Source: Candidatus Bathyarchaeota archaeon
Lineage (GTDB): Archaea > Thermoproteota > Bathyarchaeia > Bathyarchaeales > Bathycorpusculaceae
NCBI GenBank assembly: GCA_013388905.1
Contig: JACAEI010000029.1
Location: 6,773-70,772, forward strand
Length of the DNA: 64,000 bases
Direction of reading: 5' to 3'
Positions 38,763-48,131 of this stretch are shown here, one piece after another. A program made the translations under genes and the position numbers. The notes under the pieces were generated by a model. The model was not told the DNA's origin. It made no database searches and saw only the letters and a program-made list of their open reading frames with translations. Position 1 is the first letter of the stretch. Each line of letters opens with the position of its first letter.

Positions 38763-38878
38763 GTAAACGCTATCCTTCTAGTCCGCTTAATCAGCCTTTA
38801 AAAAGAGAGAAGTATAAAACTATACCGTTTTTTATAAGGTGGAGGTTTTATAGAAAAAAGGAAGAGATGGATGGGTCT

Positions 38879-39985
38879 TTACAGTATTGATTCTCTGTTC
38901 AATGGAAAAGCCGTTGTTGCTCTGATGTCATCGGTTCCTAACACGAACTGTGTAACTCTATTCAGTCCAATGCCGCAGCCTGAATGCAAGCTTCCATGTG
39001 TCTTGTAGAAATCAAGGTACCAATCAAAGTCTTTTATGCTTCCTCCTTTTTTAATCAACTGATGGAACATGGTGGAACTTACTAGTCGCTCTCGAAGCTT
39101 ATCGTATTTGTATTCTCTTTCAGCGGCGCCGACGGCTTCTCCACCTATTGGCAGAAGTAAATCTGCACTGTTTACAATTGCTGGATTTTCGTCGTTTTCT
39201 CGCATGTTGAAGAACTTTATGGCTTTTGGAAAATGTGTTACGAAAATTGGTTGATTGCCCATCATTTGAATAATTGTCTTTTCCTCATGGCTTTTTAAGT
39301 CGTCGCCCCATTTGACTCCATATTCTGTAAGCAACCCTACTGCCTCTGTATATGTTATTTTCTCAAAAGGTTTCTTGATTTTTCTAAGTCGCTCTACGTC
39401 TACGCCAAAAAGCAGAAGTTCTCCTTCGCGCTCTTTAAGCACAGTGTTTATCATTGAACATAGTGTTCCTTCTATATGCGCTAACAGTTCAGCAAAATCA
39501 CCTGCAAATTCCAATTCAACCAAGGTAAATTCTGTTAAGTGCCGTTCGTCAGCACGTGGTTCGGCTCTGAAGCTTGGTCCAATACACCAAACTCTCCCCA
39601 GAAAAGGCGTCAGAACTTCGAGGTAAAGCTGTGCAGTCTGGCTTAAGTATCCTTTTAGTTCGAAATAGTCCAATTCAAACATTGTCGCAACGTTTTCACA
39701 CGAGCCTGTCGCCTTAGTTATATGCGGAACTGCAACTTCAATGAAATTGTTTTCTTCGAAGTATTTTCTAGCTCCTCGCAAAAGGCTTGATTCAATCTTT
39801 ATAACGGCGTGCATTGCCGGTGTGGAGAGCAATTTGTATCTGTCTGTCGTATTTCTAAGAAGGGCAAAGCTCATTGCTATATTGTTTTCAGAAATTTTTC
39901 TAATCTCACTAATTTGGGTCTCCAAGACCCACACCAACACTCCTAGCTTTGTGCTTATAAATTTTTTGGACTTAATTTTGAACAA
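38879..39985 (-). CDS. class II aminoacyl-tRNA synthetase catalytic-core paralog (AsnRS-like; asparagine synthetase A-type?)
   Basis: Motif 2 GPSFRAE...RHLTEF and motif 3 GCGIGLNRV are present. No OB-fold anticodon-binding domain is visible. True start is uncertain (TTG 39985, internal GTG/TTG, or ATG 39874). Confidence 0.7.
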   Translation of the reverse strand: MFKIKSKKFISTKLGVLVWVLETQISEIRKISENNIAMSFALLRNTTDRYKLLSTPAMHAVIKIESSLLRGARKYFEENNFIEVAVPHITKATGSCENVATMFELDYFELKGYLSQTAQLYLEVLTPFLGRVWCIGPSFRAEPRADERHLTEFTLVELEFAGDFAELLAHIEGTLCSMINTVLKEREGELLLFGVDVERLRKIKKPFEKITYTEAVGLLTEYGVKWGDDLKSHEEKTIIQMMGNQPIFVTHFPKAIKFFNMRENDENPAIVNSADLLLPIGGEAVGAAEREYKYDKLRERLVSSTMFHQLIKKGGSIKDFDWYLDFYKTHGSLHSGCGIGLNRVTQFVLGTDDIRATTAFPLNRESIL

Positions 39986-40056
39986 AGTCTAGACTAAATT
40001 AACGTGAAATAGGCAGTATACTGAAGCGCTTTATAATGCGTTGAAACATAGTATTC

Positions 40057-41082
40057 TTGTTGGAGGAGACAGCTATCAAAGAAGCTATGTTTTACGAAAA
40101 ACTTGAAAGGAACATGGTTCGCTGCTACTTATGTAGTCATCATTGCAGAATCAGCGAGGGTAAAAGAGGAATTTGCGGCGTCCGCGAAAATATTAATGGA
40201 ACACTTTACTCACTTGTTTACGGTAAGCTAATAGCTAGTGCTGTTGACCCTGTAGAGAAAAAGCCCTTGTTCCATTTTCTTCCAGGCTCAAGCGCCTATT
40301 CCATAGCTACTGTAGGCTGCAATTTCAGCTGCCTGAACTGTCAGAACTATGACATTTCGCAGATGCCAAAACCAAATAAGCCTATCTATGGTGAAGAAGT
40401 ATCCCCCGAAGAGGTGGTGGAAGCCGCTAAACGCTACAAATGTGAAAGCATCGCTTACACCTATACGGAACCCACAATATTCTTTGAATATGCATACGAC
40501 ATAGCCAAACTTGCAAAAAAAGAGGGAATAAAAAACATATTCGTTTCCAACGGATACATTACAGAAGAAGCCTTAAGGGAAATAGCGCCTTACTTAGATG
40601 CGAATAATATTGACTTGAAAAGTTTCAGCGATGAATTTTATCGAAAAGTGTGCAGAGCTCGGCTAGAGCCCGTTTTAAATTCTATACGCTTGCATAGAGA
40701 GTTCAACATCTGGATTGAAATAACAACCTTGGTAATTCCCTCACTCAACGATTCTGAAGAAAATTTCAGAAAAATCGCCGAGTTCATCAAAAACCTGGAC
40801 GAGAACATTCCATGGCATGTATCAGCCTTCTATCCAGCCTACAAGCTTACAGATCTACCGCCAACACAAATTGAAACTCTGGACAAGGCAAGGAGAATCG
40901 GTTTGGAAACTGGATTGAAGTATGTTTACCAAGGGAATGTGCCAGGCGAGGGAGAGAATACGCTCTGTCCTAGCTGCGGAAAAGTGTTGATTAAAAGAAG
41001 CGGCTACATAGTGTTAAAATACAGCGTAAAAGATTCAGAATGCCCTCATTGTGGAGCAAAAATTGACGGCATATGGAGATAG
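40057..41082 (+). CDS. AmmeMemoRadiSam-system radical SAM enzyme (PflA-like activase family)
   Basis: KEAMFYEKLE...VRCYLCSHHCRISEGKRGICGVREN and CNFSCLNCQN (CxxxCxxC) with a C-terminal Cys ribbon. Confidence 0.85.
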   Translation: MLEETAIKEAMFYEKLERNMVRCYLCSHHCRISEGKRGICGVRENINGTLYSLVYGKLIASAVDPVEKKPLFHFLPGSSAYSIATVGCNFSCLNCQNYDISQMPKPNKPIYGEEVSPEEVVEAAKRYKCESIAYTYTEPTIFFEYAYDIAKLAKKEGIKNIFVSNGYITEEALREIAPYLDANNIDLKSFSDEFYRKVCRARLEPVLNSIRLHREFNIWIEITTLVIPSLNDSEENFRKIAEFIKNLDENIPWHVSAFYPAYKLTDLPPTQIETLDKARRIGLETGLKYVYQGNVPGEGENTLCPSCGKVLIKRSGYIVLKYSVKDSECPHCGAKIDGIWR

Positions 41083-41155
41083 CGCAATACTGCTACCTAG
41101 GCTCAGAATTCAAATTGCGAGCTGCCTCTAATGTAGAAACTGATAAATTTTAAGG

Positions 41156-41734
41156 ATGAAGATAATGAGGTTTATGAACAAGCCTCTAACCATTCTAGGT
41201 TTCGCCGGTAGTCTCCGCAAAGGCTCCTATAACAAAGGATTACTACGTGCCGCAGCGATTCTAATGCCTAAAGATGCAAAACTTGAGATTTTTGACCTTG
41301 AAGGAATTCCCCTGTTTAATCAGGATTCTGAGAGGCGACCACCAGAGAAAGTTAAGGAATTTAAGGAAAAAATTAAAGCCGCAGATGCGCTATTGATTGT
41401 TACGCCTGAGTATAACTATTCTTTTTCTGGCATCCTAAAGAATGCAATTGATTGGGCTTCAAGACCTTATGGCGATAATGCGTTTGAGGGTAAACCAGTT
41501 GCTATAATGAGCGCTTCAATTGGAATGCTAGGCGGAGCGAGGGCACAATACCATCTTCGCCAAGTTCTTGTAACCCTTGACATGCATGCATTAAACTGGC
41601 CAGAAGTCATGGTGGCACATGCGGTTGAAAAATTCGATGAAAACGGCAATTTAGTAGACGTAGAAACAAAGAAAAGAGTAAAAGAGCTGCTGGAAAGCCT
41701 AATTGACTGGACGAAAAGATTGATGGAGGAATAA
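41156..41734 (+). CDS. NAD(P)H-dependent FMN reductase
   Basis: ILGFAGSLRKGSYN and LLIVTPEYNYSFSGILKNAIDW motifs. Confidence 0.85.
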   Translation: MKIMRFMNKPLTILGFAGSLRKGSYNKGLLRAAAILMPKDAKLEIFDLEGIPLFNQDSERRPPEKVKEFKEKIKAADALLIVTPEYNYSFSGILKNAIDWASRPYGDNAFEGKPVAIMSASIGMLGGARAQYHLRQVLVTLDMHALNWPEVMVAHAVEKFDENGNLVDVETKKRVKELLESLIDWTKRLMEE

Positions 41735-41744
41735 AGCGGTCTTT

Positions 41745-42029
41745 TTACCTTTGATTGGTTTTATGCTTCACGACATATTCGACTCTAATTTTTTCTGGAG
41801 CATAATTTTCAAAACGTAGAATTTCCATTTCTACCTCTATGAACCTTTGAAGTTCGTATATGAAATCTTCTAGGTAGTCATATGCACCGCAAGTTTTACA
41901 AAATGAACCTTCGAAATCCATTACAAGTTTGTCTTTTCCAATTTCTATCAGCTTCACCGTGGCTTCTGGACTTCTATAATGGTTATACTCTCCAATAGCC
42001 TTTAAGACGGCTTCTTTAAAAGAGTGCAC
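41745..42029 (-). CDS. hypothetical protein
   Basis: 94-aa ORF with one CxxC (CKTCG). No family recognised. Confidence 0.35.
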   Translation of the reverse strand: MHSFKEAVLKAIGEYNHYRSPEATVKLIEIGKDKLVMDFEGSFCKTCGAYDYLEDFIYELQRFIEVEMEILRFENYAPEKIRVEYVVKHKTNQR

Positions 42030-42127
42030 ATCATCACCAACTTATAAATGTGAATTGCGAATTTTTATGCCTTCTTTCATGTTAAATCATAATCAATACA
42101 GAGAGCGCAGAATGGATCTACTTGCGT

Positions 42128-43084
42128 TTAGAATTCAAGCGACTCATTAACTTCTCTTATAATAGCTGCCGATTTTTGAAACTCTTCCATCTCCTTCTGG
42201 TCTAATGGAAGTTTAATTATCTCTTTTATGCCACTTCTGTTGAGAATTACTGGAACACTTAGGCATATGTTGCTTACACCGTGATAATCTTCGAGAAAAC
42301 AAGAAACAGTCAAAACGGCGTTTTCATCTCGAACAATGCTTTCTACAATTCTAGTCATGCCTAAAGCAACAGCATAGTGCGTCCTGCCCTTTCTTTTTAT
42401 TATTTCATACGCAGCATCTCTTACCTTCAAAAACAAGCCATTGAAATGCTTGGGGTCATATGGAACTCTACAGATTGGACAGTAATCTTTAAGCCGTATA
42501 CCTGCAACGTTTGCGAGACTCCAAACAGGCACCTCACTGTCGCCATGTTCGCCAATAATGTAAGCGTGAACATTTCTCGGGTCAATTTGAAGGTGTTCAC
42601 CAAGCAAGTAACGAAGTCGCGCACTGTCCAAGATTGTCCCCGAACCGATAACTTTGTTTTTGGGGAAACCCGACAACTTCAATGCAGCATAAGTCATAAC
42701 GTCTGATGGGTTAGAAACCACCAAAAATATGCATTTCTTGTTGTATTCTGTAATTTTGGGGATTATTTGTTTCATAATTTCAAAATTTACTTTAGCCAAC
42801 TCCAAACGTGACTTTTCAATTTTCTAACCTTTATCTACTGCAATGACTACAATGTCTGCGTCTTTGCAGTCCGAATAATCACCAGCCCAAATCTTCACTG
42901 GATAGGCAAAAGGTAAACCATAATTCAAATCCATGGCTTCACCTTCGGCACGATCCCTGTTAATGTCTATAATCGCAATTTGCGAGACTGTTCCATGGAT
43001 CAGAAGAGAATAGGCAAAAGTTGAGCCTACAAAACCTGCGCCCACTATAACGACTTTTGGGCTTTTAATACTATTTTCAGCCAA
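42128..43084 (-). pseudogene. L-lactate/malate dehydrogenase interrupted by a single in-frame TAG
   Basis: N-terminal piece (VVIVGAGFVGSTFAYSL...) and C-terminal piece (VSNPSDVMT, GTILDSARLR, IGEHGDSEVP) are in the same frame. They are separated only by TAG at 42824-42826: ...IVVIAVDKG*KIEKSRLELAKVN... Confidence 0.85.
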
Positions 43085-43255
43085 TTTGGATCCTCATTAT
43101 AACGTATAAGCCTAGAATTTTATTTTTTCTCAAAAACTTGCACGAAACAAGATTTGTATGCAGTAAACCCTTGAAAAGTCTATTTTTCACTAAATCCTAT
43201 AAGCCTGATTATAGTTTAAAAGCATAGTTGGAAGATTAGTGCTGATGGTGAGAAC

Positions 43256-44047
43256 ATGGATTTAGGAATTGCTAATCGAGTTGCTTTAGTGACCGGCTCG
43301 AGTCAGGGAATAGGAAAAGCAATTGCAATTGGCTTGGCTAAGGAAGGCGCTAGAGTTACTATCTGCGCCAGAAACGAAGATGTTCTGAAAAAAACAGCCA
43401 AAGAAATCGCGTCTTCAACAGGCTCAGAGATTTTACCTGTACCCGCCGACCTTACAAGTAAAGAGGATATTAAGTTAATGGTAAAAACCACCATGGAAAG
43501 ATTCGGTGAAGTTGACATATTAGTCAATAACACTGGAGGTCCTCCCACGGCTCTTTTTGTAGAAACATCTGAGAAGGATTGGCGCTGGACAGTAGATTCC
43601 CTGTTAATGAGCGTCATAAACTGCTGCAGAGAAGTCATACCCTTCATGAAAGAACACAAGTGGGGGCGCATCATTAACATGACATCTTTCGCTGTTAAAC
43701 AGCCAGCAGAGAGGCTAATTTTATCTAATTCTATTAGAGCCGCAGTGCTGGGCTTGACTAAAACCATGTCAAACGAATTGGCAGAATATGGTATATTAGT
43801 TAATGCGGTTTGCCCCGGCTGGACTCTTACAAAAAGAGTTGAAGAATTAACCAAATCAACAGCTGAAAAAACCGGGAAAAACTACGAGGAAGTAATTGCT
43901 GAATGGGCAAATAGCATACCTTTGAAGCGTCTAGCTAAACCAGAAGAAATTGCCAATTTAGTAGTTTTCTTAGCCTCTGAGAAAGCAAGCTACATAACGG
44001 GAGCAGTGATGCAAGTTGACGGCGGCTTTATTAAATCTCTTCTTTAG
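43256..44047 (+). CDS. short-chain dehydrogenase/reductase (FabG-like)
   Basis: VTGSSQGIGKAIA, NNTGG, and an S...Y-x3-K-type region with PGWT. Confidence 0.9.
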   Translation: MDLGIANRVALVTGSSQGIGKAIAIGLAKEGARVTICARNEDVLKKTAKEIASSTGSEILPVPADLTSKEDIKLMVKTTMERFGEVDILVNNTGGPPTALFVETSEKDWRWTVDSLLMSVINCCREVIPFMKEHKWGRIINMTSFAVKQPAERLILSNSIRAAVLGLTKTMSNELAEYGILVNAVCPGWTLTKRVEELTKSTAEKTGKNYEEVIAEWANSIPLKRLAKPEEIANLVVFLASEKASYITGAVMQVDGGFIKSLL

Positions 44048-44641
44048 GCTGAAGCCAATGCGCTGAACAAAGTAAGCCAGAACAATTATACAAGCAGCTA
44101 TTGTAAGCACGCTTGAAACAACAATTATTATTACGTTATCAGTTCCTGAGATAAAAGCTATTGAAATAACTGCTAAGAAAACACCAAAATAAAGACTTGC
44201 GTTACTAAGCAAGAATTGGGTGAATTCTGTTCTAACGAGTTGTTGATACTTGTTCAACAGAATAATCATCGATGCAAATGCTAGGAATATTATTACTAGA
44301 GTGTAAGTAGTATCCGCCCAATAGGCATAAGCACTTAGCGTAAGTAGAATCCCAACTTCATCTCCTATCAAGCCGCCACCAGCACCAAAAAGAATCGCGG
44401 CTAAACGATCAATTTTTTCACTTTGATAGCTTATGCCTAACCAACCGCCTATGGCAAGCAAAGCTATTCCATACCAAAAATGGTGAACATGGTATTCTCC
44501 GCTTATCAGAACAACAGTTGGGTTCAAGATGGCGAAGGTTCTGGCTATTATGAAGGACCCTATAAAAGAGAATAAAGCCAGAATTGAAAGGTTGGGTTTC
44601 TGCTTAATTTCTTCTTTTGAAGCCATTTTTGCTGAGCACAC
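43970..44641 (-). CDS. polytopic membrane protein
   Basis: 223 aa with about 6 hydrophobic helices. The last 78 nt overlap the convergent SDR gene. Confidence 0.45.
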   Translation of the reverse strand: MCSAKMASKEEIKQKPNLSILALFSFIGSFIIARTFAILNPTVVLISGEYHVHHFWYGIALLAIGGWLGISYQSEKIDRLAAILFGAGGGLIGDEVGILLTLSAYAYWADTTYTLVIIFLAFASMIILLNKYQQLVRTEFTQFLLSNASLYFGVFLAVISIAFISGTDNVIIIVVSSVLTIAACIIVLAYFVQRIGFSLKKRFNKAAVNLHHCSRYVACFLRG

Positions 44642-44678
44642 CCATGTAGTTTGTGGCGTGCGCCAGAGGCGACATTGT

Positions 44679-45626
44679 TTAAGGCATTTTGCTCAATGTT
44701 GCTTCGAATGTTTGTTGGCGTCCTCTACGAAGCACTGCGATTCGCACTCTGCCGCCGATTTTTCTGTTATGAATCTCGCTGAGTAAATCTTCAATGTTGT
44801 CTATCGCGCCGCTATCCATTCTCAGAATTATGTCGCCAGTAGCGATTCCTGCATGTTCTGCGGGGCTGTTTTCTGCAACCTTAGTTACAAGGACTCCGCT
44901 GTCGACTGGCAAATCGTAATAGCTTGCTATTTCTTCAGTAATGCTTAAACCGACTATGCCAAGCCAAGGTCTAACAAAAACCCCAGTTTTAATCATGTCC
45001 CCAGTGCATTCTTTAGCTGAATTTATTGGAATTGCAAATCCGATACCTTGCGCATACGGAATAATCGCAGTATTTATCGCAACAACCTTTCCCTCCAAAT
45101 CCACAAGGGGACCTCCACTGTTTCCAGGGTTTATCGCAGCATCAGTCTGAACAAGATTTTCTATAAGCCCTCTTTCTGATTCTATTGTTCTATTCACAGC
45201 GCTTATAACGCCAGACGTGACGGTTGGACCTCCGGCTAATCCGAAGGGGTTCCCAATTGCATAGACTCTTTGACCAACCCGCAACTTGTCGGAATCACCA
45301 AGTTCTGTGGCTATTAATCCTTTTTTGCTTACTCTTATAACAGCTGTATCGTGAACTGGGCATGTGCCAATAAGGCGTCCTTCTATGATTTCACCCGTCC
45401 ATAATGTTACATCTATTTTCTCAGCTCCGCCAACTACGTGATTATTTGTTAAAATGTAGCCGGTTTGATCAATTATTGTTCCAGAACCCATGCCTTTCAC
45501 TGGAACTGCTTGATAAAACATGTGGTGAACAATTTTAATCGTGCTTATGTTAACCACGCTCTTGCTCACTTTCTCCAAAATATCTAATACTGTTTTTTCG
45601 TCAAACGAGGACAAATTCTCACCCAT
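44679..45626 (-). CDS. HtrA/DegP-family serine protease with PDZ domain
   Basis: TNNHVV (His), a DTAV-type Asp and GNSGGPL (Ser) triad motifs, plus a C-terminal PDZ (GDIILRMDS). Confidence 0.9.
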   Translation of the reverse strand: MGENLSSFDEKTVLDILEKVSKSVVNISTIKIVHHMFYQAVPVKGMGSGTIIDQTGYILTNNHVVGGAEKIDVTLWTGEIIEGRLIGTCPVHDTAVIRVSKKGLIATELGDSDKLRVGQRVYAIGNPFGLAGGPTVTSGVISAVNRTIESERGLIENLVQTDAAINPGNSGGPLVDLEGKVVAINTAIIPYAQGIGFAIPINSAKECTGDMIKTGVFVRPWLGIVGLSITEEIASYYDLPVDSGVLVTKVAENSPAEHAGIATGDIILRMDSGAIDNIEDLLSEIHNRKIGGRVRIAVLRRGRQQTFEATLSKMP

Positions 45627-45764
45627 AATTTTGCAGTTTAAATTTACAGTCTGTTAATTGTATTCTCATTATTCAATTTTTTCTTGTCTAATTACTGTTT
45701 TAGTCTAAAACTGATAGAAAAATTGTTAAAAAAGAAAAGTGACCAATTTTAATACTGCCAATAT

Positions 45765-46346
45765 ATGCAGAAAGCTTTTAAAAGACATCTCTTGAACAAT
45801 AAAGCCATGCCAAACCAAAAGCCTCTCATGCTGTTAAGGCAATTGCTGAAAAACTCCAGAAAAAGTGACAGAGAACTGGCAAAAAGTCTAGGATTTTCCC
45901 AACCCACCATCACCAGATTAAGGACTAAACTTGAAAAAGAAAGGTACATAAAAACTTACACAATCATTCCAGATTTTACAAAACTCGGCTATCAAATTTT
46001 GGCATTCACTTTCAGCAAATTGAAATCTTATCCGACGCCAGAAGACGCTATAAAAATAGTGGAACAAGCCACAGAATGGGTAAACAGATACCCCAACGTA
46101 ATTTTCGCTTCAGACGGTGAAGGACTTGGAGGAAAAGACGTCATAATGATATCAATTCACAAAGACTTCATTAAATACACAAATTTCATGCGGAAATACG
46201 CCTTGGAATGGGGTCACATGATAGCCACATTTGAAACGTTTCTTGTTAGCCTAGGTCCTGGGTTCAAAATGAAGCCTTTAGACCTTAAATATTTGGCAGA
46301 CGACAAGAATGAAGAGACAAACGAAAAACGTCCAATAAAACACTAA
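45765..46346 (+). CDS. HTH (Lrp/AsnC-type N-terminus) DNA-binding protein
   Basis: LLRQLLKNSRKSDRELAKSLGFSQPTITRLRTKLEKERYI. C-terminal domain is unassigned. Confidence 0.55.
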   Translation: MQKAFKRHLLNNKAMPNQKPLMLLRQLLKNSRKSDRELAKSLGFSQPTITRLRTKLEKERYIKTYTIIPDFTKLGYQILAFTFSKLKSYPTPEDAIKIVEQATEWVNRYPNVIFASDGEGLGGKDVIMISIHKDFIKYTNFMRKYALEWGHMIATFETFLVSLGPGFKMKPLDLKYLADDKNEETNEKRPIKH

Positions 46347-46738
46347 TTATCTTTCGGGCAGATTGACTTGCAGAAATTGCATTCTTCAATTTTTATGTTT
46401 GAGTCGGCTAGCTGGCAGAATTGGCACATGAGGCTTGTTTTCCGTATTGTGATACATGCTTGACAGAAAACTTCGAGAAATTCTGTTCTTTTGTAGGAAC
46501 CATTTAGAAGTAAATTTACCATTTTTTGAATTGATGGTTTTAATTCATCTATTTCGTCGATTTTTATTACATAGCCTCTGACTTTTCGTGTGTATTTGCT
46601 TACTGCAGACTGAGAGATTTCTAGTAGTTCAGCTACTTCGTCTTGTTTCATGCCATGTTTTTCCACGAGTTCTTTTGCCATTAGAGCTTTTATGGCTGGC
46701 ACAACGGATTTTACTGCTATTTCGCAGGGAATTATCAA
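46343..46738 (-). CDS. HTH transcriptional regulator with Cys-rich C-terminal domain (COG2522-like)
   Basis: (M/L)IIPCEIAVKSVVPAIKALMAKELVE...QDEVAELLEISQSAVSKYT HTH. C-terminus has CxxC, CxxC and CxxCxxxC. I prefer the TTG at 46738, about 35 nt downstream of TATA-like TTTATATACT (complement of 46771-46780). The ORF-track ATG at 46816 lies inside the operator repeats. Confidence 0.6.
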   Translation of the reverse strand: MIIPCEIAVKSVVPAIKALMAKELVEKHGMKQDEVAELLEISQSAVSKYTRKVRGYVIKIDEIDELKPSIQKMVNLLLNGSYKRTEFLEVFCQACITIRKTSLMCQFCQLADSNIKIEECNFCKSICPKDN

Positions 46739-46781
46739 GTGAGAATCACGGTATTGTATTCTTGTGGAAAAGTATATAAAC

Positions 46782-46816
46782 ATGACGTATGTCATATAAA
46801 TTATGACGTATGTCAT
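46782..46816. promoter_or_regulatory. two perfect copies of the 14-bp inverted repeat ATGACGTATGTCAT, 21 bp apart, in a divergent promoter region
   Basis: Copies at 46782-46795 and 46803-46816. Further TGACG/CGTCA half-sites at 46816-46820, 46871-46875, 46882-46886 and 46901-46905. Confidence 0.5.
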
Positions 46817-46899
46817 GACGGAGGGTCGAATACACTAACTTTTGAACCCCTCTCCTTTCCTCCTCAGAACCGTCATGACAACGTCAGAAGAACCCAACC

Positions 46900-47859
46900 A
46901 TGACGATAGAAAACCACGAAACAACACTCGAAGGGACAGAAGAAACAGCAAGTCTAACAAGCATCATAAAACAATTAGAACAAAACTGTAAGAATTGTCA
47001 CACTCTAACCCCTCTCACATGCGTAACAAACTGCAAAATCTGGGAACAAAAAAATGAGATGAGAGACTTATACGAAAAAATGAAAACTCCCAATTTCATG
47101 ACAAACCTACTGAACACATTAAAGAACAAAAGACGCCTACAAATATTGGACCTAATCTCTAAAAGTAAACAATCCATGCTAAGACTTCAAAAAGAATTGA
47201 AAGCCTTAGGATATTATCACAGTCAACAAACAATAGCTCAAGAATACATTAAGCCGCTAATTGATGTTGGCTTAGCTAAAGAAAACCAGAACTTATATTC
47301 GGCAACACTTTTTGGTTGTCAACTTAACGAAATAATAAAGAATAACCACGATATAGGCAATACTTTGCCTGCGCATTCTGAATGTTACGAAGAAATTGTT
47401 TTAGACATGATGCTAAACAAACCCAAAACCTATGAGGATTTTGAAGGCATAATTCCAACAAAAAGCATCGCACGAATCTTGAATCGACTTCAGAAAGTTA
47501 ACTTAATTGAAACGACAAAGGAGAATGACTACGTCTTCTTTTTCCGAACACGAAGAGATTCACATAAAGCAAGATTTTCGCCGACAGAAGAAAGAATTTA
47601 CCAAAACATTTCAGAGGAAGGCATTTCTGCACGTAAATTATGTGAAAAAACGAAAATTTCTCTGAGAAGGACGTACAAGTATCTGCGAAGGCTTAAAGGG
47701 AAAAAACTCGTATTTACGAGAAAAAAACCAAAAACCTACAAACTAACTGCTAAAGGTATTCAATTGGCTAGTATGCTTAGAGAACTGCATGACTTAGCTT
47801 TAGAAGCGTTTAAGATTACTGCCCAAACTATCAACAAAACCAAAAATACGAAACACTGA
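46900..47859 (+). CDS. multi-wHTH (ArsR-like) DNA-binding protein with N-terminal CxxC-x8-CxxxC motif
   Basis: CKNCHTLTPLTCVTNC near the N-terminus. ArsR-like RRLQILDLISKSKQSMLRLQKELK. A second wHTH near the C-terminus (ISARKLCEKTKISLRRTYKYLRRL). Confidence 0.55.
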   Translation: MTIENHETTLEGTEETASLTSIIKQLEQNCKNCHTLTPLTCVTNCKIWEQKNEMRDLYEKMKTPNFMTNLLNTLKNKRRLQILDLISKSKQSMLRLQKELKALGYYHSQQTIAQEYIKPLIDVGLAKENQNLYSATLFGCQLNEIIKNNHDIGNTLPAHSECYEEIVLDMMLNKPKTYEDFEGIIPTKSIARILNRLQKVNLIETTKENDYVFFFRTRRDSHKARFSPTEERIYQNISEEGISARKLCEKTKISLRRTYKYLRRLKGKKLVFTRKKPKTYKLTAKGIQLASMLRELHDLALEAFKITAQTINKTKNTKH

Positions 47860-48131
47860 TGCTGAACAATGGCGCAGGAAATCGAATGAAGGAAAAGAAA
47901 ACAACTCCATCAACAATCATGCGATATGCTGAATAGAATCAAAGTTTATAGACTGATTTTATAAGCGTATTGGACTATTGTCTCCAATATTGTGATGTTT
48001 CATTTCTTCCTTTTGCATGCCTTGAAATCTAAAGTTCTAAGCCAAAGTAATTTTTTATGCAGACTTTTATAAGGAAAAGTTAAGATTATATTTTCTTAAA
48101 TCCGTCTTGAATATTCAAAAGAGGATAAGCT

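Noticed and set aside
43103-43210. Two copies of TATAAGCCT in the LDH/SDR divergent intergenic region
   Set aside because: The match is short and AT-rich, and is likely a chance or promoter-like sequence. It is not strong enough to call.
43303-43854. 183-aa minus-strand ORF
   Set aside because: Antisense to a well-supported SDR gene, with Ser/Leu-rich shadow composition.
46739-46816. ATG at 46816 as the start of the Cys-rich HTH regulator (N-terminus MTYVIIYMTYVMFIYFSTRIQ...)
   Set aside because: These codons are the palindromic operator repeats plus a TATA-like box. The conserved protein begins at IIPCEIA, immediately after an in-frame TTG (46738).
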